Shown here in pieces: positions 20,227-29,434 of a stretch of DNA of 64,000 bases. The notes under the pieces are model-generated. The model did no database searches. It worked only from the letters and a program-made list of their open reading frames with translations, and was not told the origin of the DNA. Both the position numbers and the translations under genes were made by a program. The DNA is taken from the NCBI GenBank assembly GCA_023512475.1, contig JAILZL010000005.1:9433-73432 (forward strand), written 5' to 3'. Position 1 is the stretch's first letter. Each line of letters begins with the position of its first letter. The DNA comes from Syntrophobacterales bacterium. Its GTDB lineage: Bacteria; Desulfobacterota; Desulfobaccia; Desulfobaccales; 0-14-0-80-60-11.

Positions 20227-20460
20227 CCTGAAAACTTACCCCCTCAGGCGCCGAAGCACAAGCCCTTTCCCCTCACATGCCGGTCCCGGAGATTGCCATT
20301 GACCCGGACCGGCAAATCTGAAATCATGGAAGTCGCCGGGCGGCCGGGGAAGAGCCCCACGCAGTAAGGGCGGCTGCCCGGAAAGAAGGGGGCCTCCGCC
20401 GGACTCCCCGGAAAAGGCCCCAAAGCGCCCGGCACTCCGGGGCCCAGGAGGCAGGCGGCC

Positions 20461-21603
20461 ATGGATTTCGCGCTCACCGCCACAGAACAGGAAATCCGGA
20501 CCCGCGCCCGGGAGCTGGCGGCAGAGATGGCGGCCGAGGCAGCCCGGCTGGAGCGGGAGGGGCGTTTCCCGGAGCCGGTATTCCGCCGGTTCGCCCAGGC
20601 CGGCATGTGCGGCCTCGCCCTGCCCCGGGAATACGGCGGGAGCGGCTTCAGTTACCTCTCCTATTGCCTGGCGCAGATGGAGCTGGCCCAGGTCTCTCCC
20701 GCTGCGGCCTTGCTGGTGCACCTCAACCACTCCCTGGTGGGGATGGCCCTCAGCCGCTTCGGCACCCCGGTGCAGCAGGAGCGCTTCCTGCCGGCCCTGG
20801 CCCGGGGGGAGGCCCTGGGCTGCTTTGCCCTCACCGAACCCGGGGCCGGCTCCGACCCCGGCGGGATGGCCACGGTGGCCCGGCGTCAGGGGGAGGTCTT
20901 TTATCTCACCGGCACCAAGAACTTCATCACCGCCGGGGACCGGGCCGAAGTGGGCCTCGTCTTCGCCCTCACCGCCCCGGAACGGGGGGCCAAAGGCATC
21001 AGCGCCTTCCTGGTGGAGCCCGGCGCCACCCCGGGCCTGAGGCTCAGCCCGCCGGAAGACAAAATCTCTCTCAAAGGTGCGGCCTCGGTGACCATGCACT
21101 TTCAGGAGGCGCCGGTGCCCGCCGCCCACCTGGTGGGGGCCCCGGAGGAAGGCCTGAAGATCGCCCTGACTGTGCTCGACGGCGCCCGGGTGGGCGCCGC
21201 GGCCCAAGCCGTGGGGCTGGGACGGGCCGCGCTGCGCGCCGCGGTGGACCATGCCCGGCAGCGGCAGCAGTTCGGCCAGCCCCTCTCCCAGTTTCAGGCC
21301 ATCCAGTTCAAGCTGGCGGACCTGGCCACTGAGCTGGAGGCCGCGGCCCTCCTCACCCTCAAGGCCGCCTGGCTCCGGGATCAGGGCCGGCCCTATGGCG
21401 CCGCCGCGGCCATGGCCAAGTGCTTCGCCACCGACGCCGCCATGCACGCCGCCCTGGAGGCGGTGCAGATCTTCGGCGGTTACGGCCTGCTGACCGAGAA
21501 CCCGGTGGCCCGTCTCTTTGAGGACGCCAAGGCCGGGCAGATCTACGAGGGCACCAACGAGATCATGCGCCTCATCATCGCCCGGGAACTGCTGAAGTCA
21601 TGA
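20461..21603 (+). CDS. acyl-CoA dehydrogenase family protein
   Basis: 380 aa. Contains GCFALTEPGAGSDPGGM, FITAGDRA, QFGQPLSQFQAIQFKLADLATELEAA and a C-terminal IYEGTNEIMRLIIAREL. Confidence 0.9.
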   Translation: MDFALTATEQEIRTRARELAAEMAAEAARLEREGRFPEPVFRRFAQAGMCGLALPREYGGSGFSYLSYCLAQMELAQVSPAAALLVHLNHSLVGMALSRFGTPVQQERFLPALARGEALGCFALTEPGAGSDPGGMATVARRQGEVFYLTGTKNFITAGDRAEVGLVFALTAPERGAKGISAFLVEPGATPGLRLSPPEDKISLKGAASVTMHFQEAPVPAAHLVGAPEEGLKIALTVLDGARVGAAAQAVGLGRAALRAAVDHARQRQQFGQPLSQFQAIQFKLADLATELEAAALLTLKAAWLRDQGRPYGAAAAMAKCFATDAAMHAALEAVQIFGGYGLLTENPVARLFEDAKAGQIYEGTNEIMRLIIARELLKS

Positions 21604-21616
21604 CAAGGAGGGACCG

Positions 21617-22153
21617 GTGACCGAAGGCAGGCTCACCCGGGGCTGCATCCAGGTCTATACCGGGGACGGCAAGGGCAAGACCACCTGCGCCCTGGGGTTG
21701 TCTTTGCGGGCCGTGGGCCAGGGCTTCAAGGTCTTTTTCCTGCAGTTCATGAAGGGCCAGGACACGGGGGAGATGGCCGCGGCGGCGCGGCTGGCCCCGG
21801 ACTTGACCCTGCACACCTTCGGCCGGCCGGGCCTGGTGAACCTGAAAGACCCCGCCCCCCGGGACCGGGAGCTGGCCCGCCAGGCCCTGGATCTGGCCCG
21901 GGAGGTCCTGCGCTCCGGCCGCTATGACGTGGTGGTCCTGGATGAGATCAACGTGGCCCTGGCCTACGGCCTGCTTCCCCTGGAGGAGGTCCTGGAACTC
22001 CTGAGAAACCGGCCGCCCCACGTGGAGGTGGTCCTCACCGGCCGGGCCGCCCCCCCGGAGCTCGTGGAGCTGGCGGATCTGGTCACCGAGATGCGGCCGG
22101 TGAAACACTACTGGGAGGTGGGCGTCACCGCCCGCCGGGGCATTGAGTACTGA
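21617..22153 (+). CDS. cobO: cob(I)yrinic acid a,c-diamide / cob(I)alamin adenosyltransferase (CobO/BtuR type)
   Basis: 178 aa. Contains IQVYTGDGKGKTTCALGLSLRAVGQG, FLQFMKG and VVLDEINVAL. The GTG start is preceded by AAGGAGGGA. Confidence 0.9.
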   Translation: MTEGRLTRGCIQVYTGDGKGKTTCALGLSLRAVGQGFKVFFLQFMKGQDTGEMAAAARLAPDLTLHTFGRPGLVNLKDPAPRDRELARQALDLAREVLRSGRYDVVVLDEINVALAYGLLPLEEVLELLRNRPPHVEVVLTGRAAPPELVELADLVTEMRPVKHYWEVGVTARRGIEY

Positions 22154-22216
22154 GGGCGCTTGGGAAAAGGGGCGGGCCGGCGCGGGCCTGCCCCCGCCCC
22201 TCAGGCTCCCTTCCCC

Positions 22217-23230
22217 TCATTTCCACACGCCGTCGATGGCGGTGCCGCACTTGGGGCAGGCGCCGTCCTTCAGGATAAACCCCCGGATCTGGTAGCCCAG
22301 GCGGGCGATGAGGGTTTCGCCGCACCCGGGACAGAGGGTGTCCTCGCCCCCCCGGCCGGGGATGTTGCCGGTATAGACATAGCGCAGGCCCTCGGCCAAG
22401 CCGATCTCCCGGGCCCGGAGCAGGGTCTCCGGCGGGGTGCGGGGCCGGTCCAGCATCTGATAAGTGGGGTAAAAGGCGCTCACATGCCAGGGAATGCCGG
22501 CATCCAGGGAGCGGATGAAGCGGGCGATCTGGGTGAGCTCCGCCTCCGAATCGTTGAGCCCCGGGATCACCAGGGTGGTGATCTCCAGCCACACCCCCTT
22601 CTCCTTGAGGCGCCCGATGGTCTCCAGGACCGGCTTCAGCTTGGCCTTGCAGACCTTGCGGTAAAAATCGTCGGAGAAGCTCTTCAGGTCCACATTGTCG
22701 GCGTCCACAAACTCCGCCAGGGCGTCGGCGGAGAGGGGGGTCATGAAGCCGTTGGAGACAAAGACGTTGCGGATGCCCTTGGTATGCGCCAGGTGGCCGA
22801 TGTCCTGGGCAAATTCCATGAAGATGGTGGGCTCCACGTAGGTATAGGAGATGGTGGCGGCCCGGCTGGCCTGGGCGGCGGCCACAATCTGTTCCGGGGT
22901 CCTCTCGGTGCCGATGATGCGGCCTTCATGCAGCCGGGGATACTGGGAGATGTCGTAGTTCTGGCAATGGAGGCACTGGAAATTGCAGCCCACGGTGGAG
23001 ATGGAATACGAGCGGGACCCGGGGAGGAAGTGAAAGAGGGGCTTTTTCTCGATGGGGTCCAGGTTCTCCGCCACCACCCGGCCGTAAACCAGGGAGAACA
23101 AAGTGCCCTCCCGGTTTTCCCGCACCTGGCAGATGCCCCGCTTGCCGGGGTCGATGTGGCATTCATGGGCGCACAGATGGCAATGCACCTTGTTCTCGTC
23201 CAGTTTGTCGTAAAATCGGGCTTCGCGCAT
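22217..23230 (-). CDS. AmmeMemoRadiSam-system-type radical SAM enzyme (AmrS-like)
   Basis: N-terminal Cys motif VHCHLCAHECHI, radical SAM motif CNFQCLHCQNY (CxxxCxxC) and C-terminal zinc-ribbon-like CPGCGE...CPKCG. Start set at ATG 23230 (MREARFYDKL). Confidence 0.8.
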   Translation of the reverse strand: MREARFYDKLDENKVHCHLCAHECHIDPGKRGICQVRENREGTLFSLVYGRVVAENLDPIEKKPLFHFLPGSRSYSISTVGCNFQCLHCQNYDISQYPRLHEGRIIGTERTPEQIVAAAQASRAATISYTYVEPTIFMEFAQDIGHLAHTKGIRNVFVSNGFMTPLSADALAEFVDADNVDLKSFSDDFYRKVCKAKLKPVLETIGRLKEKGVWLEITTLVIPGLNDSEAELTQIARFIRSLDAGIPWHVSAFYPTYQMLDRPRTPPETLLRAREIGLAEGLRYVYTGNIPGRGGEDTLCPGCGETLIARLGYQIRGFILKDGACPKCGTAIDGVWK

Positions 23231-23687
23231 GGCCTGTCCTTGGGCGGTCGTGCCGGAGAGAGTGGTGCCCTCCGGCAGGGACTGCCTGTTCCGGAGAGAA
23301 ACCGGGGACAAGGCGGCGGGGCCCCCTCTCCCCAAACGGCTCGCTGGCCCCGGACCTCCCGGTTTTCAGAAGGTGGGGGGAGAGCCAGGCCCCTTCCCCT
23401 TGCCCTGAGGCTCAGTCCTCATCTATAACAATAGGCCTCCCGGCGGAGGATGTAAAGATGAGGGCCCAGGCTTTTCCCCTGGTCAGGGCCGGGGAAGTCC
23501 GGCAGCCCATGGAAAAACACCCCTTCCTGCAATCTGGTGGGATGAGTCCGGCCGATTTTGCCGGATTGGCGAAGCCACCTCCCATTTATGGGAATGGGGA
23601 GGGGTTCGGGGGAGGGCAGGGAGCAGGGACCGAATAACCTTTTCACCCTTCCCTGGGCCGGGAAAGTGTGTTACGTTAATATTGTGT

Positions 23688-23765
23688 GGTGGGCGTAGCT
23701 CAGCTGGTGAGAGCACCGGGTTGTGGCCCCGGAGGTCGCGGGTTCAAATCCCGTCGCTCACCCCA
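23688..23765 (+). tRNA. tRNA-His (anticodon GTG), with the extra G at -1 and an encoded CCA
   Basis: Folded by hand. G-1, acceptor GTGGGCG/CGCTCAC, D stem GCTC/GAGC, anticodon stem CCGGG/CCCGG with loop TTGTGGC, T arm GCGGG-TTCAAAT-CCCGT, discriminator C, CCA. Confidence 0.9.
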
Positions 23766-23827
23766 CCCCTGGCAGACCGAGGCAGGCACGGGCCTGCCTT
23801 TTTCTTTGGGTGCGCCCGCATCTCCCG

Positions 23828-24847
23828 TCACCGACGCCTCTCCTGCAGTCGGGCGGCCGCCAGGCGGGTGACCTCCTCCAGGGCCGGGAAGATCCCCGGC
23901 CGGGTGGCCAGCCGTCGCCCCAGGCCCCGGAGGGCCGCGGGGATGGCGGCGGCGAACGGAGACTTGCCCTGGACTGCGGTGAGGAACCCGAAGGCTCCCA
24001 GGACCTGGAGATTGCGGCACAGGGCCAGATAGAAATAACTCTCCCGGAAGGCCTCTGCCGCCCCGGGCAACTTTTGGCGGAGCAGGGCGAGGTAGAATCC
24101 TCCCAGCTCCTTCTCCCGGGCCTCCCCCAGATCCACATACGGATCCAGGAGGAGGGCCGCGGGATCATAGCCCGCGGGCCCCAGGCGGCCCCCCTGAAAG
24201 TCCAGGACCCACAGCCGCCCCTGATGGAGATGGAGGTTCCGGGACTGGTAATCCCGGTGCAGGAAGACCTCCGGGCCCCCGGGCAGGGCGGCGGCCACCA
24301 GGGTCCGGAAATCCGCCTCCAGCTCGGCCACGCCCACTTCCAGGCCCACATAACCCCTAAGGAAGGCCTCCACGAAGTAGTGACACTCCCGGGTCAACAG
24401 AAACTCCCGGGTCACCCGGGGGGTGTCGAAACACCAGGCGGGGTCGAAACCCTCCCGGCCCGCCACCTGCTGGCGGATAAGGATCTCCAGCGCCTCCCGG
24501 TAGAGGCGGCGCCAGTCCGCCCCGGGGCGGGTGAGAGCCGCCTCCAGACTGAGATCTCCCACATCCTCCAGGAGAAACCAGCCCTCCTCCCGGCAGTAAG
24601 CGTAGATCTCCGGCACCGGCACGCCCTGGCGCCTCAGGTGCCGGCCGATCTGGAAGTACGAGTCGTTTTCATTCACCGGGGCCCCGGGGGGCCGGGGATG
24701 ATACAGGAGCACCACCGGGGGCGCCCCGGCGAGCCGGTAGAAACGGCGCACCGAGCCGCCGGGCAGGGGCCGGGCTCCGGCGAGACTCACCCCCAGACGC
24801 CGCACCTCGGCCCGGAGCCGGGGGCTTTCCGGCAGGCCGGGAATCAT
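23828..24847 (-). CDS. aminoglycoside-phosphotransferase-fold kinase (AmgK / sugar-anomeric-kinase-like)
   Basis: 339 aa. Catalytic loop FLHRDYQSRNLHL (HxDxxxxN) and metal-binding WVLDFQG. The specific substrate is not recognisable. Confidence 0.75.
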   Translation of the reverse strand: MIPGLPESPRLRAEVRRLGVSLAGARPLPGGSVRRFYRLAGAPPVVLLYHPRPPGAPVNENDSYFQIGRHLRRQGVPVPEIYAYCREEGWFLLEDVGDLSLEAALTRPGADWRRLYREALEILIRQQVAGREGFDPAWCFDTPRVTREFLLTRECHYFVEAFLRGYVGLEVGVAELEADFRTLVAAALPGGPEVFLHRDYQSRNLHLHQGRLWVLDFQGGRLGPAGYDPAALLLDPYVDLGEAREKELGGFYLALLRQKLPGAAEAFRESYFYLALCRNLQVLGAFGFLTAVQGKSPFAAAIPAALRGLGRRLATRPGIFPALEEVTRLAAARLQERRR

Positions 24848-27459
24848 GCCGCCCCCGGGGGTGGCAGCGGCGGCCAGCTCTTCAGGTGCAGATCCCGCTG
24901 CGGGAAGGGGATGTCGATGCCGTGGGCCCGGAAGGCCTCAAAGATGGCGCGGTTGAGCTCATGGGTGGCGGGGACCCGGTCCCCGGGCGTGTTCACATGC
25001 ACCCAGATGGTGAAGTTGAGGCTGCTGTCCCCGAAGGCCTCAAAAAAGACCTGGGGCGGCGGCTCCGGGGCCACCCGGGGGTTGGCGGCGCACAGGTCCA
25101 GCAGAATCCGGGTCACCAGGGCCACATCGGAGCCATAGCTCACCCCCACTCTCAGCGTAAGGCGGGTGGGCCCCCAGCCGTAGTGGGTCCAGTTGATGAT
25201 CTTGCTGGAGAGGAGCTCGGAATTGGGGATGATGAGGACCGCTTTGTCCGCGGTCTGAAACACGGTGCTCCGCACCCGGATCTCCTTCACCGTGCCCCAC
25301 TGGCCGTCCACCACCAGGAGATCCCCCACCTTGATGGGCCGTTCAAAAAGGAGGATGAGGCCACTCAGGAAGTTGTTGACGATGTTCTGCAATCCGAAGC
25401 CGATGCCCACCCCCAGGGCCCCGGCCACCAGGGCGACGTTGGCCAGCGGCACCCCCAGAACATTTAAGGCCAGCAGCACGGTGAGGATGAGCACCACATA
25501 GTGGAGGGTGGTGGAAATGGTGTAACAGACCCCGGGGTCCCAGTCCCGCCGGGGATAGAGGTTCATCTCCAGAAAGGCCCGGAGCAGGCGGGAAAACCAG
25601 AAGCCGCCGTAAACAATGAGGATGGCGGCGCCCAGGGCCAGGGGGCTGAGGCGGATGGGACCCAAGGCGGGGCCGTAATTCAGCCACTCCAGTATCCGGG
25701 CCAGGTGCGCCGGCCTCATCCCCCAGAAGGACAGGGCCACCACCAGGGTGGCGGCCACCACCACGGCCAGGAGGGTGTGCTTCAGGGTGCGGTAGGAGCG
25801 CTCCGCCACTTCCGGGCGCACCGGCAGCCGCCCGGTGACCCGGCCGTGCCGGGGATGGAAGAAGTGTTTCAGGGCGGCCCGGAGGCCCTGCCAGAACACC
25901 CAGGCCGCCACAACCGCCAGGCCGCTGCCGGCCGCCGCCTGGGCCAGATAGAGGGACAGGGCCTGGAAGCCCAAAAGCTCCGTCAGGATAATGAGGCCCA
26001 GGCACAGAAAGATCAGGCCCCTCAGAAGCCGGAGCACCCCCCGGCGTTGGAACCAGGCCGGGACGGGCAACTCCGAGACCAGGGCCTCAAAGTATCGGGG
26101 CCTGAGGATCCACAGGGCCCAGCCCAGGAGGCCCACCTGAAAGAGATAGGTGAGGAGCTCCCGGCTGCCGGGGGAAAAACCCAGCACCCGGGCGGTGGTG
26201 AGGCCCAGGACCCCGAAAAGGAGGATGTAGGTGGCCAGACGCCGCAGGTGGCGCCGGTAAAACCGGGCCGTGGCCTCATCGAGAGGCAGGATGCCCCCGG
26301 CCTGGGGCCCGGCAAAGACCCGGTTGACCAACTGCCGGGTCAGCCGTCGGGCCAGGAGCACCCCGCCGGCCAGGGCCGTCAGGTAGGCCGCGGGATGCGA
26401 CCCCAGCTCCAGGGTCACCAGGGCCAGGAGGAGCCAGACCCACAGGGCCACCAGGGCCAGCTGGGAGGCCACCAGGTGGGCCAGATGGAGGATCACCCGG
26501 GGACTCAGTTCCTCCGCCGCGGCCTGCCAGTCCCCCAGGCGCGGCACCACCAGCCGGCCCAGGCGCACCGCGGCCACGGTCATCCCCACCAGCAGGAGCA
26601 GCAAGCCGGTGAGCGGGGCGGCTTTGGCCCCCAGATAGGCAGCCAGGGCCCCGGAGGCCGCCAGGCGCCTCCCGAGCTCGGCCACCCGGGCCGGCAGGGC
26701 CAGGAGGGCCTGCCAGGTGTCCGCCACCTGGGCCCGGAGGCGTTCCAGCCCGGCGACATATGTGGAGCGGGTGAAGAGCCGGGCCCACCAGGCCTGGTCC
26801 AGAGAGGCGGCCAGCTGCTCCCGGGCGGCGGCCAGCTCCGCCTGTCCCTGGCTGAGCTCCGCCAGCCTCTTCTCCAGCTGCCCCGTAAGCTGCGCCGCCT
26901 GGCGCTCGAAGTCCCGGGCCAGGGCCAGATACCGGCTGGCGGCCTGGCGCAACCCCGGCGTGCGGCTTAAGGAATGGCGGCTGGCGGTGAGCCCGGCCAG
27001 CTCCTCCTCCAGGGTGGCCCGGGCCTTGGCTTTGGCCTGCGCCTCCTGGACCACCTGGTCCCGCAGATGCCCCAGGGCCTTCAGGTCGGCGGCCAGCCGC
27101 TCCACCCCCTGGCCCAGCTCCTTCAGCTCCGCCTCCGCCCGCGGCAAGACCACCTCGCCTACGGCCAGGGAGGCCTTGAGGGTGGCCGCCTTGGCCTTGT
27201 AGAGCTGCAGCTCCCCGGCCGCCTTCTCATGCAGGCGGTCGGCCTGGGCCTGGAGGTCCTTCAGCCTGGCCCCGGCCTGTTCCAGGGCGGCGGCGCCCTC
27301 GGTGAGCACCCGGGGCAGCAGTTCGGGGCTCAGAGGCCCTTCCGGGGAGGGGGTGGCCGCCCCCGGGGCGCCGCTTTGCGCCCGGACGGGACAGGGCATC
27401 AGGGGGAGGCAGACCATCAGGGCCAGAGCCAACCAGAGGCGAAAAGGAGGCAAACCCAT
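24844..27459 (-). CDS. MscK/KefA-like mechanosensitive channel (MscS family) with a periplasmic coiled-coil domain
   Basis: C-terminal part of the 1535-aa ORF. Starts at ATG 27459 with signal peptide MGLPPFRLWLALALMVCLPL. About 250 aa of Ala/Leu/Glu/Gln coiled coil follow, then many TM helices. The MscS core reads LVAGALGVGIGFGLQNIVNNFLSGLILLFERPIKVGDLLVVDGQWGTVKEIRVRSTVF. Confidence 0.85.
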   Translation of the reverse strand: MGLPPFRLWLALALMVCLPLMPCPVRAQSGAPGAATPSPEGPLSPELLPRVLTEGAAALEQAGARLKDLQAQADRLHEKAAGELQLYKAKAATLKASLAVGEVVLPRAEAELKELGQGVERLAADLKALGHLRDQVVQEAQAKAKARATLEEELAGLTASRHSLSRTPGLRQAASRYLALARDFERQAAQLTGQLEKRLAELSQGQAELAAAREQLAASLDQAWWARLFTRSTYVAGLERLRAQVADTWQALLALPARVAELGRRLAASGALAAYLGAKAAPLTGLLLLLVGMTVAAVRLGRLVVPRLGDWQAAAEELSPRVILHLAHLVASQLALVALWVWLLLALVTLELGSHPAAYLTALAGGVLLARRLTRQLVNRVFAGPQAGGILPLDEATARFYRRHLRRLATYILLFGVLGLTTARVLGFSPGSRELLTYLFQVGLLGWALWILRPRYFEALVSELPVPAWFQRRGVLRLLRGLIFLCLGLIILTELLGFQALSLYLAQAAAGSGLAVVAAWVFWQGLRAALKHFFHPRHGRVTGRLPVRPEVAERSYRTLKHTLLAVVVAATLVVALSFWGMRPAHLARILEWLNYGPALGPIRLSPLALGAAILIVYGGFWFSRLLRAFLEMNLYPRRDWDPGVCYTISTTLHYVVLILTVLLALNVLGVPLANVALVAGALGVGIGFGLQNIVNNFLSGLILLFERPIKVGDLLVVDGQWGTVKEIRVRSTVFQTADKAVLIIPNSELLSSKIINWTHYGWGPTRLTLRVGVSYGSDVALVTRILLDLCAANPRVAPEPPPQVFFEAFGDSSLNFTIWVHVNTPGDRVPATHELNRAIFEAFRAHGIDIPFPQRDLHLKSWPPLPPPGAA

Positions 27460-27678
27460 GCACCCTCCATGATCGGGCGGAATTTCTCCTGCCCCATTGG
27501 TTCTGAAGGATTTTCTGTTACAATAATTCGATTGCGACCTGCCGAGGCGGCGGGGTTCCTCACCGGGACCTGCCGCGCGGGTTTCCCGGCCGGGAAAGAG
27601 GGCGGCATCACCCGTCAGAGCCCTTCCTTTCCTCCCGGGCCGCCGACAGATCACTATATCATAACCCTCCCGCGCAGG

Positions 27679-29430
27679 ATGAGCCCGATGACCACTGAGG
27701 GCGGCGCTGGCCGCACCCCCTATCTGTTTCGCCTCGCCCAGCCGCTCCTGCGGCCCCTTTCTGCGGCGGACCTGGTCGTGGTGGCTCTCCTGGGGGTGCT
27801 TCTGTGGGCTGGGGTGAGGCTGGGAGCGGCTGTCCCGGAGATCCTGCAGGCCAGCGAGATCTCCCTGGCCCCGGGGGTACTGCCGTATTACGCCGCCCTG
27901 TCCTGCGGCCGCATGCTGGCGGCCTATCTCCTTTCCCTCACCTTTTCCCTGATCTACGGTACCCTGGCGGCCAAGCACCAGCTGGCGGAAAAGATTCTGC
28001 TGCCGCTGTTGGACGTGCTGCAGAGCGTCCCCATCCTCTCCTTTTTGCCGGTGGCGCTCCTCACCTTCAGCGCCTTCCTGCCCCTGGCCGTGGCGGTGGA
28101 GCTGGCCGCCATTTTTCTCATCTTCACCAGCCAGGCCTGGAACCTGACCTTCGCCTGGTACCAATCCCTGCGCACCATCCCCCGGGACCTGGAGGAGGCC
28201 AGCACCGTCTTCCGTTTTCCCGCCTGGCTCCGCTTCAAGCATCTGGAACTGCCCTTCGCCGCCATCTCCCTCATCTGGAACAGCATGATGAGCTGGGCCG
28301 GCGGCTGGTTTTTCCTCATGGCCGCGGAGATGTTCAGCGCCGGGCAGCGGGATTTCCGCCTCCCGGGGTTGGGCTCCTATCTGCAGGAGGCCGCCAATCA
28401 GGGCTCCGTGGCCTCCCTGGTCTGGGGCCTGGGGACCATGGTGGGCATCATCGTGCTCCTGGATCAGCTGGTGTGGCGGCCCCTGTTGGCCTGGGCGGAA
28501 AAATTCAAGCTGCAGATGGTGGAATCGGAGCACCCCCCCACCTCCTGGTTTTATGATGTCCTGCGGGGCTCGTTTCTCCTTGGGGTCGTGTGGCAGCGGC
28601 TTTTTCAGCCCGTCTTGGCCCGCCTGGATCTGCTGTTGCTGCGGTGGTTCGGGGCCCCGGCGGTGCAGCCCGCCCCGGGGGTCCCGCGGCCCTGGCTGCG
28701 CCGGGCGGCCGCCGGCCTGGGGATGGTGCTCCTGGGGCTGGGCCTGTGGGAGACCAGCCGGTTCCTCTGGCAGGTGTCGGGGAGCCAATGGCTGGCCATC
28801 CTCATGGGGTTGGGAGCCACCCTGCTGCGGGTGGCCGCCGCATTGGTCATCGCCTTGGCCTGGACCATCCCGCTGGGGGTGCTCATCGGCACCCAACCCC
28901 GCCTGGCGGCCCTGCTGCAGCCCCTGGTGCAGGTGGTGGCCTCCATCCCGGCCACCGCCCTCTTTCCCGTGGTGCTCCTGCTCTTCCTGAAGTTTCCCGG
29001 CGGCCTGAACCTGGCCGCGGTGCTCCTCATGCTCCTGGGCACCCAGTGGTATCTGCTGTTCAATGTCATCGCCGGGGCCAGCGCCATCCCCCGGGATCTG
29101 CAGTACACCTCCGCCCTGCTGGGGCAGGGCCGCCTGGACCGCTGGCGCACCCTGATTTTGCCCGCCATCTTCCCCTATGTGATCACCGGGGGCATCACCG
29201 CCAGCGGCGGCGCCTGGAACGCCAGCATCGTGGCGGAATATGTGCAGTTCGGCGGGCGCAGTCTCGCCACCACCGGCCTGGGGGCCATCATCTCCCAAGC
29301 CACGGCCGCGGGGGACTACCCTCTGCTGTTGGCCGCCACCTTGTGCATGATCCTGGCGGTGGCCTCCATCAACCGGCTGTTTTGGCGGCGACTGTATCGT
29401 CTGGCCGAAGAACGCTACCGTTTGGATTGA
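27679..29430 (+). CDS. ABC transporter permease with two fused transmembrane domains (NitT/TauT-like)
   Basis: Real part of ORF 26974..29430, starting at ATG 27679 (MSPMTTEG). Two repeats of the binding-protein-dependent permease pattern are visible, e.g. LLDVLQSVPILSFLPVAL and LVQVVASIPATALFPVVLL, each followed by EASxxF or ALLGQGRLDRWRTLILPAIFPY. Confidence 0.85.
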   Translation: MSPMTTEGGAGRTPYLFRLAQPLLRPLSAADLVVVALLGVLLWAGVRLGAAVPEILQASEISLAPGVLPYYAALSCGRMLAAYLLSLTFSLIYGTLAAKHQLAEKILLPLLDVLQSVPILSFLPVALLTFSAFLPLAVAVELAAIFLIFTSQAWNLTFAWYQSLRTIPRDLEEASTVFRFPAWLRFKHLELPFAAISLIWNSMMSWAGGWFFLMAAEMFSAGQRDFRLPGLGSYLQEAANQGSVASLVWGLGTMVGIIVLLDQLVWRPLLAWAEKFKLQMVESEHPPTSWFYDVLRGSFLLGVVWQRLFQPVLARLDLLLLRWFGAPAVQPAPGVPRPWLRRAAAGLGMVLLGLGLWETSRFLWQVSGSQWLAILMGLGATLLRVAAALVIALAWTIPLGVLIGTQPRLAALLQPLVQVVASIPATALFPVVLLLFLKFPGGLNLAAVLLMLLGTQWYLLFNVIAGASAIPRDLQYTSALLGQGRLDRWRTLILPAIFPYVITGGITASGGAWNASIVAEYVQFGGRSLATTGLGAIISQATAAGDYPLLLAATLCMILAVASINRLFWRRLYRLAEERYRLD

Positions 29431-29434
29431 CACC

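Noticed and set aside
20227-20460. Possible cobalamin riboswitch in the cobU / ACAD-cobO divergent spacer.
   Set aside because: I looked on both strands for the conserved blocks (GGUGxxAAxCC, CCCGCxACUGU, GCCACUG and the B12 box AGYCMGGAGACCKGCC). I found only loose resemblances (CGCAGUAAGGG, GCCCAGGAGGCAGGC). A covariance-model scan would settle this.
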